The notes under the pieces are model-generated. The model saw only the letters and a program-made list of their open reading frames with translations, was not told the origin of the DNA and did no database searches. Position numbers and translations under genes: made by a program. From positions 1 through 32,892 of the forward strand of contig JBHJHA010000029.1 of assembly GCA_050331235.1 (NCBI GenBank): a stretch of 32,892 nucleotides of DNA. The letters run 5' to 3'. The DNA is from Leptolyngbyaceae cyanobacterium. GTDB taxonomy: Bacteria > Cyanobacteriota > Cyanobacteriia > Phormidesmidales > Phormidesmidaceae. Below are positions 19,678 to 27,922 of the stretch, one piece after another. Numbering within the stretch: the stretch's first letter is position 1; each line of letters opens with the position of its first letter.

Positions 19678-19765
19678 TGGAGTGCGGTCGAACGGAGTCG
19701 AGCTAGACCAAGATAGCCAGCCCCCAAAGACCCTCAGAAAATTTCCGCCCATTAGGTTAAAACAG

Positions 19766-19774
19766 TGATACTAT
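19766..19774 (+). promoter_or_regulatory. Candidate extended -10 promoter of rpmF (TGaTACTAT)
   Basis: TGnTAnnAT about 30 bp upstream of the rpmF ATG. Confidence 0.55.
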
Positions 19775-19803
19775 TGAAAGGTTGTCAAATTTTTTTTGCG
19801 ATC

Positions 19804-19980
19804 ATGGCGGTTCCTAAGAAGAAAACCTCAAAAGGTAAGCGTGATCAGCGCAAGGCGCACTGGAAACGCACCGCAGCGCTGCAGGCTCAACGGGCCCTGT
19901 CTCAGGGCAAGTCCGTACTTACAGGTCGGTCCAAAGGTTTCGTTTATCCTACCGATGATGAGGAAAACGACGAGGAGTAA
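19804..19980 (+). CDS. rpmF: 50S ribosomal protein L32 (cyanobacterial type, no Zn-binding cysteines)
   Basis: [22 protein letters not shown]...[19 protein letters not shown] with acidic tail. ATG 19804. Confidence 0.96.
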   Translation: MAVPKKKTSKGKRDQRKAHWKRTAALQAQRALSQGKSVLTGRSKGFVYPTDDEENDEE

Positions 19981-20016
19981 GGTCAGCTGGGCTATGGCTT
20001 TTTTTCCCAAATGGGT

Positions 20017-20057
20017 AAACCCCGAACCAGACGATGAGCGGTTCGGGGTTTGCTTTT
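20017..20057 (+). terminator. Intrinsic terminator after rpmF, possibly bidirectional with ppx
   Basis: 12-bp perfect stem AAACCCCGAACC / GGTTCGGGGTTT with an 11-nt loop, followed by GCTTTT. Confidence 0.8.
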
Positions 20058-20244
20058 GGTTCTAGAACTAGCCAGGGCTGCAATTATAGCGATGTGCAGT
20101 GGTTAACGCCCGCTTTGCCTCACACCTTACAGCGCAACCCAATGCCCCAATCATCTGTTCTGAATTGGTCCGTATTTCGATCCGATAGGTCCCATTGCAG
20201 ACGAGCAAACGAGAACCAGAAAGCTATTGCAGCCGATGGGGCGA

Positions 20245-21888
20245 TCACTTTTGGGCAGCTACCTTAACGTTAAAAATTTCTTCAAACCAAAGTTTTTTAT
20301 CCTCCAGATTCCAAAGTTCGGAGGCGCAGTCATCCTCGGGCGAGGCAGGGTGAATCCCCAGATGCAGTGATTTATTTGTCCCATCAAAATAGTAATCGAC
20401 TGATTTGATGGCACCGACACCCCGCCGATCTAGCGCGACGGCGATCCGCAGCATGGCACTGAGTTCATTTACGAGATCGCGATGATGTTTGGCGTCCAAG
20501 TTGCGGTAGTTGTCATGCTTCTTTTTGGGCAGGCTCTTGCGGTGATAGCGGGCAACATTGGCGATGATTTCAATTTCGGCTTCGGTGTAACCTAACAGCT
20601 CGCCGTTGCGAATTAGGTAGTAAGAATGCTTGTGATGGCTGGAGTGGCTGATGTAATGCCCGGCGTTATGCAAAATAGCCGCAGCCCACAACAGTTCTCG
20701 TTCCGGATTACCCCAGTTATGCAAATGTCCTTTGGTCGCATCGAAGAGATCGAGAACAAAATCGGCCACGCGGTTGCTGGCGGCTTCGGGCACGTGGTAC
20801 TTGTCGGCCGCGGCACGCACACTACGCTCTCGGACTGACTGCTGAAACTGCATTCGGTCTTCGATCAGGCCACGGTTGAGCATCCAATCTACGACGACAC
20901 CTTCCCGCAGCGCCCGCTCACAGATAGTTAGACTTTCTGTGCCCAGCTGGCTCATGGTCTCTTGTAGAATCACTGCCCCGGCAATGATGATCTCGGCCCG
21001 GCGGGTAGACATTTCTGGCAGTTCTAGCCGCTCCTCTAGCGTCAACTTACGGAGCTTATTGGTCCAGCTTTTGAGCTCGTTCAAAGTGAACTGAAAGCCG
21101 TTGAGAGGCTCCGGGACAAACCCGATGCGATCCTGAGCAATCAGCGCTGCCAAGCATTCAATGGTGCCTGAGGTGCCCACTAACCGCAGGGTTTCTCCCT
21201 TAGCCAAATGACGCTTGAGGTCTTCGACGGGGGGCTCCATGCGACCGCGCACGTAGGCTGATAGGTAGGTGAACTCCTGATCGCTAATCGGATCGGTCTT
21301 AATAAATTGGGCCGTTAGCCGCACAGCTCCAACCTTGGTACTGCTCAAAAAGCGGTGGGGTTCACCCGTGCCTAACAGCAGCTCCGTCGACCCTCCCCCA
21401 ATATCGATCACGGCATGGGGCTGATGGTGAAATTCCATGCCGGACAAGACGCCGAGGTAGATACGGCGGGCTTCTTCAGTCCCTGATATGAGATTGACGG
21501 CTAGACCCACCTCTGCCTGCACGCGGTCTAAAAAGGCCTGACCATTTTTGGCCTCACGAACGGCACTGGTCGCGACGGCAACGATGTCTTCGGCTCGATA
21601 GCTCTCCGCGATCGCCTGACACCGCTTGAGCGCTTCAATACCACGCCCCATCGCCTCTTCGGAGAGATTGCCATCAGCGGCAAAGTCCCCTAACCGAACC
21701 GTTTCTTTTTCCCGATCAACAATGTTGAACTCTGGCAGTGACGGTTTGATTTTGACCACCACCATATGAATGGAGTTGGTACCGACATCGATCGCGGCAA
21801 GTACGCGATCGCGATAAAAATCTGGCGTTTGATATTGGTAAGGATAAGGCACTGTCGCACGGGAAATGGAGGGAAGTGTGTTCACCAT
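20245..21888 (-). CDS. ppx: Exopolyphosphatase Ppx/GppA family with C-terminal HD-like domain
   Basis: AAIDVGTNSIH, VATSAVREA, ISGTEEAR, IDIGGGSTE, ALREG, ILHNAGH, SHHKHSYYLI, ARYHRK. Confidence 0.93.
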   Translation of the reverse strand: MVNTLPSISRATVPYPYQYQTPDFYRDRVLAAIDVGTNSIHMVVVKIKPSLPEFNIVDREKETVRLGDFAADGNLSEEAMGRGIEALKRCQAIAESYRAEDIVAVATSAVREAKNGQAFLDRVQAEVGLAVNLISGTEEARRIYLGVLSGMEFHHQPHAVIDIGGGSTELLLGTGEPHRFLSSTKVGAVRLTAQFIKTDPISDQEFTYLSAYVRGRMEPPVEDLKRHLAKGETLRLVGTSGTIECLAALIAQDRIGFVPEPLNGFQFTLNELKSWTNKLRKLTLEERLELPEMSTRRAEIIIAGAVILQETMSQLGTESLTICERALREGVVVDWMLNRGLIEDRMQFQQSVRERSVRAAADKYHVPEAASNRVADFVLDLFDATKGHLHNWGNPERELLWAAAILHNAGHYISHSSHHKHSYYLIRNGELLGYTEAEIEIIANVARYHRKSLPKKKHDNYRNLDAKHHRDLVNELSAMLRIAVALDRRGVGAIKSVDYYFDGTNKSLHLGIHPASPEDDCASELWNLEDKKLWFEEIFNVKVAAQK

Positions 21889-21985
21889 AGCCAAACTAAG
21901 AATATTGTTTCACATCTTACGAGGGAGACTACTGAGATCCGTAGACTGCTCCAGGGATTCTCTACGGTCTTTTTACAGAACGTAC

Positions 21986-23350
21986 TCAGTGATTTACCAG
22001 AGCTTCAATTTGAGTCGCCGTATTCGGCAGGGCTGCGGTGATGACCTCACTGCCGATTTCGGTAATCAGCACATCGTCTTCAATGCGAATGCCACGCACG
22101 TCTTGAAACTGGGCTAGCCGCTCCCAATTCACCTGGTTTTGAAATTGAGCTCGTCGCTGGGGATCTTGTAAAACTCCAGGCACTTGATAAAAGCCGGGCT
22201 CAATAGTGACCACCATGCCCGCCTGCAAGGGGCGATCTAGCCGTAAAAACTGCAGCCCAAAGCGATCGCTGCGGAGGCGTCCCGGTGCATAGCCCGCCAA
22301 GTCACCGAGATCTTCCATATCGTGCACGTCTAAGCCGAGCAAATGCCCGACTCCGTGAGGAAAGAACAGCGCATGGGCATCCTGCTCCACTAGCGCATCT
22401 GGCTGGCCAATCAAAATGCCTAAATCAACCAGTCCTTCAGTTAAGACTCGACAAGCCTTGAGATGCAGTTCACGGTACTCAACTCCGGGCTGGGCGGCCG
22501 CAATGCAGGTGTCGTGAGCCGCCAGAACGATGTCGTAAATATCGCATTGGGTCGTTGAAAACTGCCCGGTCACTGGCCAAGTGCGAGTGATATCTGCAGC
22601 CCAACCACTGGGTGCCTCGGCCCCGACGTCGGCCAACAGCAGGTTACCCGCGACGAGGGCATGGTGATACTGCTCGTTATGCAACACCTCGCCATGCACC
22701 GTAACAATACTGTTGTAGGCGCAAGTCATCCCATGGGCGATAATTACCGCCTCCATCGCAGCTCGTACGACGGCTTCCGTTTGTCCCGGTTGGGTGGCTG
22801 CCATGCCAGCGCGGTGAGCCTGGACGGAGACTGCCGCGGCGCGACGCATTTCCGCGATCGCTGCGGCATCATGGGTCAAACGCAAGGTCACTATCGCTTC
22901 AGCTAAAGCGCGATCGCGCGCGGGATTAATAATGCCCCTTTGGGTCAGTTGCGCCGCCGCTGTATCTGCATCCTGTACAGCGATTGTGGCCACATCCTTA
23001 GCAAAATCGGGCAGGGCACTGAGCGGATAAGCCTCATCTGCGCCCATCTCAGCTGCCACCTCTGCTCGTCCCGGAGAGGGACCATGCCACAGAGCTGCAG
23101 CGGGAGACGCCTCATCCATAAACAAAATCAGCCGGACACCGTCAATGCCAATCACGGCATCTTCTAGCGGGAGGCCTGCAAAATAGAGGAAGTGGCTGTT
23201 GGCGCGGAAAGGATAGGTGTTGGCGCGAAAATTACGGGGGCTGGAGCGTCCTGACCACAGCATGACGGGAAAATCAATCAAGTCGGCCAGGCGTTGGCGA
23301 CGACCGCTTAAGGTGTCAGCCAGAGTAACAGGGGGCACAGTTGCAACCAT
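21986..23350 (-). CDS. pepP: Xaa-Pro aminopeptidase (M24B)
   Basis: YPFRANSHFLYFAG, LLADVGAE, ADITRTWP, FPHGVGHLLGLDVHD, TIEPGFY, GIRIEDDVLIT. Confidence 0.92.
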   Translation of the reverse strand: MVATVPPVTLADTLSGRRQRLADLIDFPVMLWSGRSSPRNFRANTYPFRANSHFLYFAGLPLEDAVIGIDGVRLILFMDEASPAAALWHGPSPGRAEVAAEMGADEAYPLSALPDFAKDVATIAVQDADTAAAQLTQRGIINPARDRALAEAIVTLRLTHDAAAIAEMRRAAAVSVQAHRAGMAATQPGQTEAVVRAAMEAVIIAHGMTCAYNSIVTVHGEVLHNEQYHHALVAGNLLLADVGAEAPSGWAADITRTWPVTGQFSTTQCDIYDIVLAAHDTCIAAAQPGVEYRELHLKACRVLTEGLVDLGILIGQPDALVEQDAHALFFPHGVGHLLGLDVHDMEDLGDLAGYAPGRLRSDRFGLQFLRLDRPLQAGMVVTIEPGFYQVPGVLQDPQRRAQFQNQVNWERLAQFQDVRGIRIEDDVLITEIGSEVITAALPNTATQIEALVNH

Positions 23351-23477
23351 CGAGGCAATAGCTTTAGCTTGTTTTAATGATTTAGTGAAAGCATAAGTGA
23401 TCGCACGGAACTTCGCACGTTTCGTGATTAGAGCGCTTCATGCTGTGAACGTTGAGCCGTTTTGAAAGAGCTCAACA

Positions 23478-24416
23478 CTATTGCTTAAAGCGACCGAGGG
23501 TAGCCACACTGACGGTGACCACACTGACGCCGAGTAGCTGCACTGCGGTGAGCAGTTCGCGAATAGCGACCCAAGCTAAAACGACAGTGAGAGCAGGGTT
23601 GGCTGCGCCAATCATCGCTGCTAAGGTAGCCCCCACATGCTTGATGCCCGTGTTGTACAGCATATGGCCAAGAAAGGTGACAATGCCCGACACTAAACTC
23701 CCTATCCAAATGGGGCCCCAAGCCAGCAGTCGGATATTCTCAATGGGCCAAACCATCAGACAAATAGCCGATAACAGCAGGGTTAAGACAAAGCTGACCC
23801 AGGTGTAAGTTAAAGGATTTAAGTAGTCAAAGCTCTTTTGGGCATTGACGGTGTAGCCGGCGTAGGCAATGCCACTCATAACACCGAACGCCGCGCCCCA
23901 CCAGCTGCCACCCCCCGCCCACTGCGCCGGGGGAATGGTCAGGGCACTCCCGAGCAAAATGCAGCCCATGATTGGCCACTGCTCAGTCGTGGGGGCTTGA
24001 CCAAAACACCGCCAGGAAAACAGCGCTGTAAAAATCGGAAACGTGAAAAACAGCGTCAAGGCGATCGCCGTTGCAATGAGCCCAATCGCCACGTATAGCA
24101 ACCCCAAGTAGGTAAACATGAGAACGCCGCCTACCACCGCGTGGATAGCCGCCCGGCGATCGCCTTGAGCCCTGAGCAAATGTCGCGTTTCACGCCAGAT
24201 AGCGGAATGGAGCCGAGTGGCCAACAGGCCCATGAGAGGCACCGCCAGCAGCATCCTCAGCAATAGCAGCAAGAACGAGTTGTGCAGGGTGGGCTCCAAA
24301 AACCCGCCAGTAAGACCAATGCCAACTAACTGCTGCTCAGCGAACAAAATTCGCACCACAACATTCTGTATACAAAAAAATCCAGACGACAACAGCACCA
24401 AGACGAACCCGAGCAT
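23478..24416 (-). CDS. DMT/EamA-family transporter
   Basis: About 10 TM helices in two EamA-like halves (LFFTFPIFTALFSW; GIKHVGATLAAMIGAANPALTVVLAW). SD GAGGAG upstream. Confidence 0.88.
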   Translation of the reverse strand: MLGFVLVLLSSGFFCIQNVVVRILFAEQQLVGIGLTGGFLEPTLHNSFLLLLLRMLLAVPLMGLLATRLHSAIWRETRHLLRAQGDRRAAIHAVVGGVLMFTYLGLLYVAIGLIATAIALTLFFTFPIFTALFSWRCFGQAPTTEQWPIMGCILLGSALTIPPAQWAGGGSWWGAAFGVMSGIAYAGYTVNAQKSFDYLNPLTYTWVSFVLTLLLSAICLMVWPIENIRLLAWGPIWIGSLVSGIVTFLGHMLYNTGIKHVGATLAAMIGAANPALTVVLAWVAIRELLTAVQLLGVSVVTVSVATLGRFKQ

Positions 24417-24796
24417 TTAGCTTTCTCCTCACTGATGATGATCTAAATTTGCTCTCGGCCTCGCCCGTGGGCGGCGAACTCGATTTGCTCGGGCTCAACC
24501 CGAGCGACACTCCAGCGCGATAAAACGGCCATCGCTGCAAAATCGTGGCGATGGCTGGATCGACGTTGCTGTAGCTGAGCCGTCCCCCCAATCTACTGGA
24601 ACACGGCGGCTTTTAACGTCTCTTAAGCGGTGAATAAAGTCCGGCAGAAAGCGACCATTTTCTGCAAACCGCATTAGCATTAGCCTGGAAAATCCCCAGG
24701 CCTAAATGGCGGACCCTGTACGTTTGCCCTAATTCCCTCACCCAGAGGGAGTATCCCCTGGTCGGCTCTCAGTAAAATCCAATTTTGAGGCAAGTC

Positions 24797-26473
24797 ATGC
24801 AAGACATTCGCGGTCACTGGGCTGAACCCTGCATTGAGTATTTGCTGAACAAAGGGGTATTTTCTGGGTATCGTGATGGCACCTTTCGCCCAGAGCAGGC
24901 CATCACCCGCGCAGAATTTTCTGCCATTGTCAGTCACGCCTTCAATCCTCAAGCTCGGCGACCGGGTAAGCAATTTCTTGATTTGCTGAGTAGCCATTGG
25001 GCTTGGCGCGCCGTTGATCAGGTGTATCGGGCAGAGTGGTTATCCGGCTTTACCGATGGCACCTTTGGTCCCAACCAGCTTATGCCCCGGGTGCAGGTGT
25101 TAGTCGCGTTGGCCTCTGGCCTAGAACTGGTGTCGCTGTATCCGGCGATCGCCTTGGTCAAAGCGACCTTTGCCGATGCCCCAAAGATTCCGAACTATGC
25201 CATTGCCGGTGTAGCGGCTGCGCTAGAGCACGACTTAGTCGTCAACTTTCCCCAGCGCGATCGCCTCCGCCCTTTGGATGCAACTACCCGAGCAGAGGCG
25301 GCGGCCTTTGTCTACCAGGCTTTAGTCCTGCAAAGAGGGGTGCCCACGGTGCTGCCCCCTCACTTGATTGCTCAGTTCGAACCAGGGGGAAACCAGCTTG
25401 CCACTGAGCTGCGCGGCGTCTGGTTGACCAATGTCGACAGCACGGTTCTGTTTTCCCGTCAAAATCTCGCCGCTGCCATTGAGCGACTGGCCGATTGCGG
25501 CTTCAATACGCTCTATCCCACTGTCTGGAACGGGGGCTTTACGCTATTTCCCTCTGCCATTGCCGAAAGCGAGCTAGGAGAACGGCAGCGGCTGTATCCG
25601 GGGTTGCAGCGATCGCCCCAGGAGGATATCCAAGATGGTCGAGACATGCTAGCTGAGTGTCTCGACCTCGCCCATGCCCGGGGCCTGCGGGTGATTCCCT
25701 GGTTTGAGTATGGCTTTTTTGCGCGGCGCGGCAATTCCCTTCGAGATCGTCAGCCCGGGTGGTTTACTCAACAGCGTGACGGCACCCAAACTGACCAACA
25801 TCAAATGGAATGGCTCAATCCCTTTCACCATGAGGTGCAGCAGTTTTACCTGGTGCTGATCAAAGACTTGGTGACTCGCTACGACGTGGATGGCTTCCAA
25901 ATTGACGATCACTTTGGTCTGCCCACCGAGTTTGGCTACGATCCTTACACGGCCCAGCGGTATCGCGCTGAGACTGGACAGTTGGTCCCTCGCGATCCCG
26001 AGAATGAACAGTGGATGACATGGCGAGCCAACAAGATCACCCAGTTTGTCGTGGCAGTAGCCCAAACCGTCAAGCGAATCCGACCCCAGGCAGTTTTTTC
26101 AGTTTCTCCCAATCCACCCAAATTTTCCTATCGCAACTTTTTGCAAGACTGGCCTCGGTGGCTGTCCGCTGCCACCGTTGATGAAGTCATCATTCAAACC
26201 TATCGCTGGGACTTGGCCAGCTTTGTCCGCGAGCTCCAAAAGCCATCGCTGGAAGAGCTACGTGTCCAGGTCCCCATCAGCATCGGGGTTTTGGCCGGGC
26301 TGCGCAATCGGCCTATGGCTTTACCCGTGCTCAAACAGCAATGCCAGGCGGTGCGGGCCAACGGCTATGCCGGCATGGTGTTCTTTTTCTATGAATCCGT
26401 TTGGCAAACAAGCGGCGAGTCGCCGGACCTACGGCAGGCCACTTTGCAAAGATTATTAAAGTCGTCGGTGTAG
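24797..26473 (+). CDS. Three SLH domains plus GHL10/DUF187 glycoside hydrolase
   Basis: SLH repeats (GHWA...SGYRDGTFRPEQAITRAEF; SGFTDGTFGPN; ATTRAEAAAFVYQAL), then ELRGVWL, FNTLYPTVWN, IPWFEYG, YDVDGFQIDDHF, LQDW. Confidence 0.9.
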   Translation: MQDIRGHWAEPCIEYLLNKGVFSGYRDGTFRPEQAITRAEFSAIVSHAFNPQARRPGKQFLDLLSSHWAWRAVDQVYRAEWLSGFTDGTFGPNQLMPRVQVLVALASGLELVSLYPAIALVKATFADAPKIPNYAIAGVAAALEHDLVVNFPQRDRLRPLDATTRAEAAAFVYQALVLQRGVPTVLPPHLIAQFEPGGNQLATELRGVWLTNVDSTVLFSRQNLAAAIERLADCGFNTLYPTVWNGGFTLFPSAIAESELGERQRLYPGLQRSPQEDIQDGRDMLAECLDLAHARGLRVIPWFEYGFFARRGNSLRDRQPGWFTQQRDGTQTDQHQMEWLNPFHHEVQQFYLVLIKDLVTRYDVDGFQIDDHFGLPTEFGYDPYTAQRYRAETGQLVPRDPENEQWMTWRANKITQFVVAVAQTVKRIRPQAVFSVSPNPPKFSYRNFLQDWPRWLSAATVDEVIIQTYRWDLASFVRELQKPSLEELRVQVPISIGVLAGLRNRPMALPVLKQQCQAVRANGYAGMVFFFYESVWQTSGESPDLRQATLQRLLKSSV

Positions 26474-26684
26474 AACGGAAACCGAGCCGCTGTCGCTGAA
26501 GTCTGAGTAGAACGCTGGTAGGGATCGACCAGCGGGAAAAGTCGGGAGGTCAGCAGTCCCTTCTCGATATTTTCGTCCGTAGCAAACACATCAGTGCAAT
26601 CGACACGATATCTTTCGATCTGATCTAAAACTAGCGCTAACTGATTGCTTATGGAGTTGGGGCCCAAGACAATCTACGAGGATG

Positions 26685-26713
26685 TTAACAATATCAAATT
26701 GCGTGGGTATCTT
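26685..26713 (+). promoter_or_regulatory. Candidate sigma70-type promoter TTAACA-N17-TATCTT upstream of the ABC operon
   Basis: -35 matches TTGACA at 5/6 and -10 matches TATAAT at 4/6, with a 17-bp spacer. Implies a TSS near 26720. Confidence 0.5.
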
Positions 26714-26726
26714 GATAGTAAGAATA

Positions 26727-26804
26727 CGGAGCCAGCCATGTGCTTTGATGGAGAGCCCTGGAGGGGTTCGGCCATGATCATTCAAATGAACGATCGCGGC
26801 TTCG
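26727..26804 (+). ncRNA. Candidate structured RNA (78-nt four-way junction) in the leader of the ABC operon
   Basis: Hand-folded: closing stem CGGAGCC/GGCTTCG with arms CCAT/ATGG, GAGCCC/GGGTTC and GATCaTTC/GAAcGATC. Not a family I recognise. Confidence 0.3.
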
Positions 26805-26903
26805 AGAGATTGAGTCTCCCGTTTTGGCTGGGTTTACAGGATAGAGCTGTGTCTGGGCAGGATCGTCAGTGCCTGCCGTATATTTACTGAAACTATCCGC
26901 ACT

Positions 26904-27854
26904 ATGAATACTTCGTTAGCGATTAAGACTCAGCGGCTGACCAAGCGTTTTGACCGCCAAACGGTCCTGCGAGAGGTTGACCTAGAAATCGAATCGGGTG
27001 CAGTCTACGGGCTGATTGGTCCCAATGGTGCCGGTAAGACCACACTCATCCGCTTACTGGCGATCGCTGAGTCACCCACTCTCGGGGAAGTTTTTTTGCA
27101 GGGAGAGCGGTTGGAGCCTAATCGACCGCAGCCCCACCTCAAGCGACAAATTGGTTATTTGCCCGATGATTTTCCGCTGTACGAGGATTTGACCGTTTGG
27201 GATTATCTCGATTACTTTGCCCGGCTATATCACTTGCAGGGCCAACAGCGGGTGCGAAGCATTCAGCAGGTGTTAGAAGTGGTGGATCTTGACCACAAGC
27301 GCCAGAGCTTAATCACTACCTTATCACGCGGGATGAAGCAGCGATTGGGACTCGCCCGGACGATCATTCATATGCCAGGAATTTTGTTGCTGGATGAGCC
27401 TGTGTCGGGGCTTGACCCCATCGCTCGACAATCCTTTCGGGGGATCATCCGCAATCTACAAAGCTTGGGCATGACTATCTTGATTTCTTCCCATGTGCTA
27501 AGCGACTTGGCCGAGCTTTGCACCGCTGTCGGCATCCTAGAGTTTGGCTTTTTGGTCGAGAGTGCGCCGTTAGAAACCCTGTATCAACGACTGAGTCAAT
27601 CGCAGATTGTGATGCGTACCCACGGTAGCTTAGATGACCTAAGCCGCGAGCTGACTCACTATCCGCTGGTTTCAGAAATTGCTACGGACCCCTCAACGGG
27701 GCAGGTCGCGGTTAAATTTGCAGGCAGCACTGACGATGCTGCTGACCTGTTGCGATCGCTGATTGTCGCCAAAATTCCGCTCTATGACTTTCATCAAGCG
27801 CAAGAGAGCTTGGAAGATATTTTTTGCAAAATTGGACACACCCAGTCAACTTGA
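26904..27854 (+). CDS. ABC-2-type transporter ATP-binding protein
   Basis: GPNGAGKTT, LSRGMKQR, LLLDEPVSGLDP, ISSH, C-terminal ESLEDIF. Confidence 0.93.
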   Translation: MNTSLAIKTQRLTKRFDRQTVLREVDLEIESGAVYGLIGPNGAGKTTLIRLLAIAESPTLGEVFLQGERLEPNRPQPHLKRQIGYLPDDFPLYEDLTVWDYLDYFARLYHLQGQQRVRSIQQVLEVVDLDHKRQSLITTLSRGMKQRLGLARTIIHMPGILLLDEPVSGLDPIARQSFRGIIRNLQSLGMTILISSHVLSDLAELCTAVGILEFGFLVESAPLETLYQRLSQSQIVMRTHGSLDDLSRELTHYPLVSEIATDPSTGQVAVKFAGSTDDAADLLRSLIVAKIPLYDFHQAQESLEDIFCKIGHTQST

Positions 27855-27922
27855 GCTACTCTACCGCCGCCGAGCCATAGACTGCCCTTTATCCGCTACT
27901 GATTTACACCGGAGAGACTGTT

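Noticed and set aside
26727..26804. Functional tRNA-Ser(GGA)
   Set aside because: It lacks U8, A14, D-loop GG, a paired T-stem around TTCAAAT, the long Ser variable arm and CCA. Kept only as a candidate structured RNA.
26389..26890. Small ORFs 26389-26667 (-), 26591-26785 (-) and 26645-26890 (+)
   Set aside because: No recognisable family or clear protein-like pattern, and they overlap each other and a plausible promoter. Not strictly excluded.
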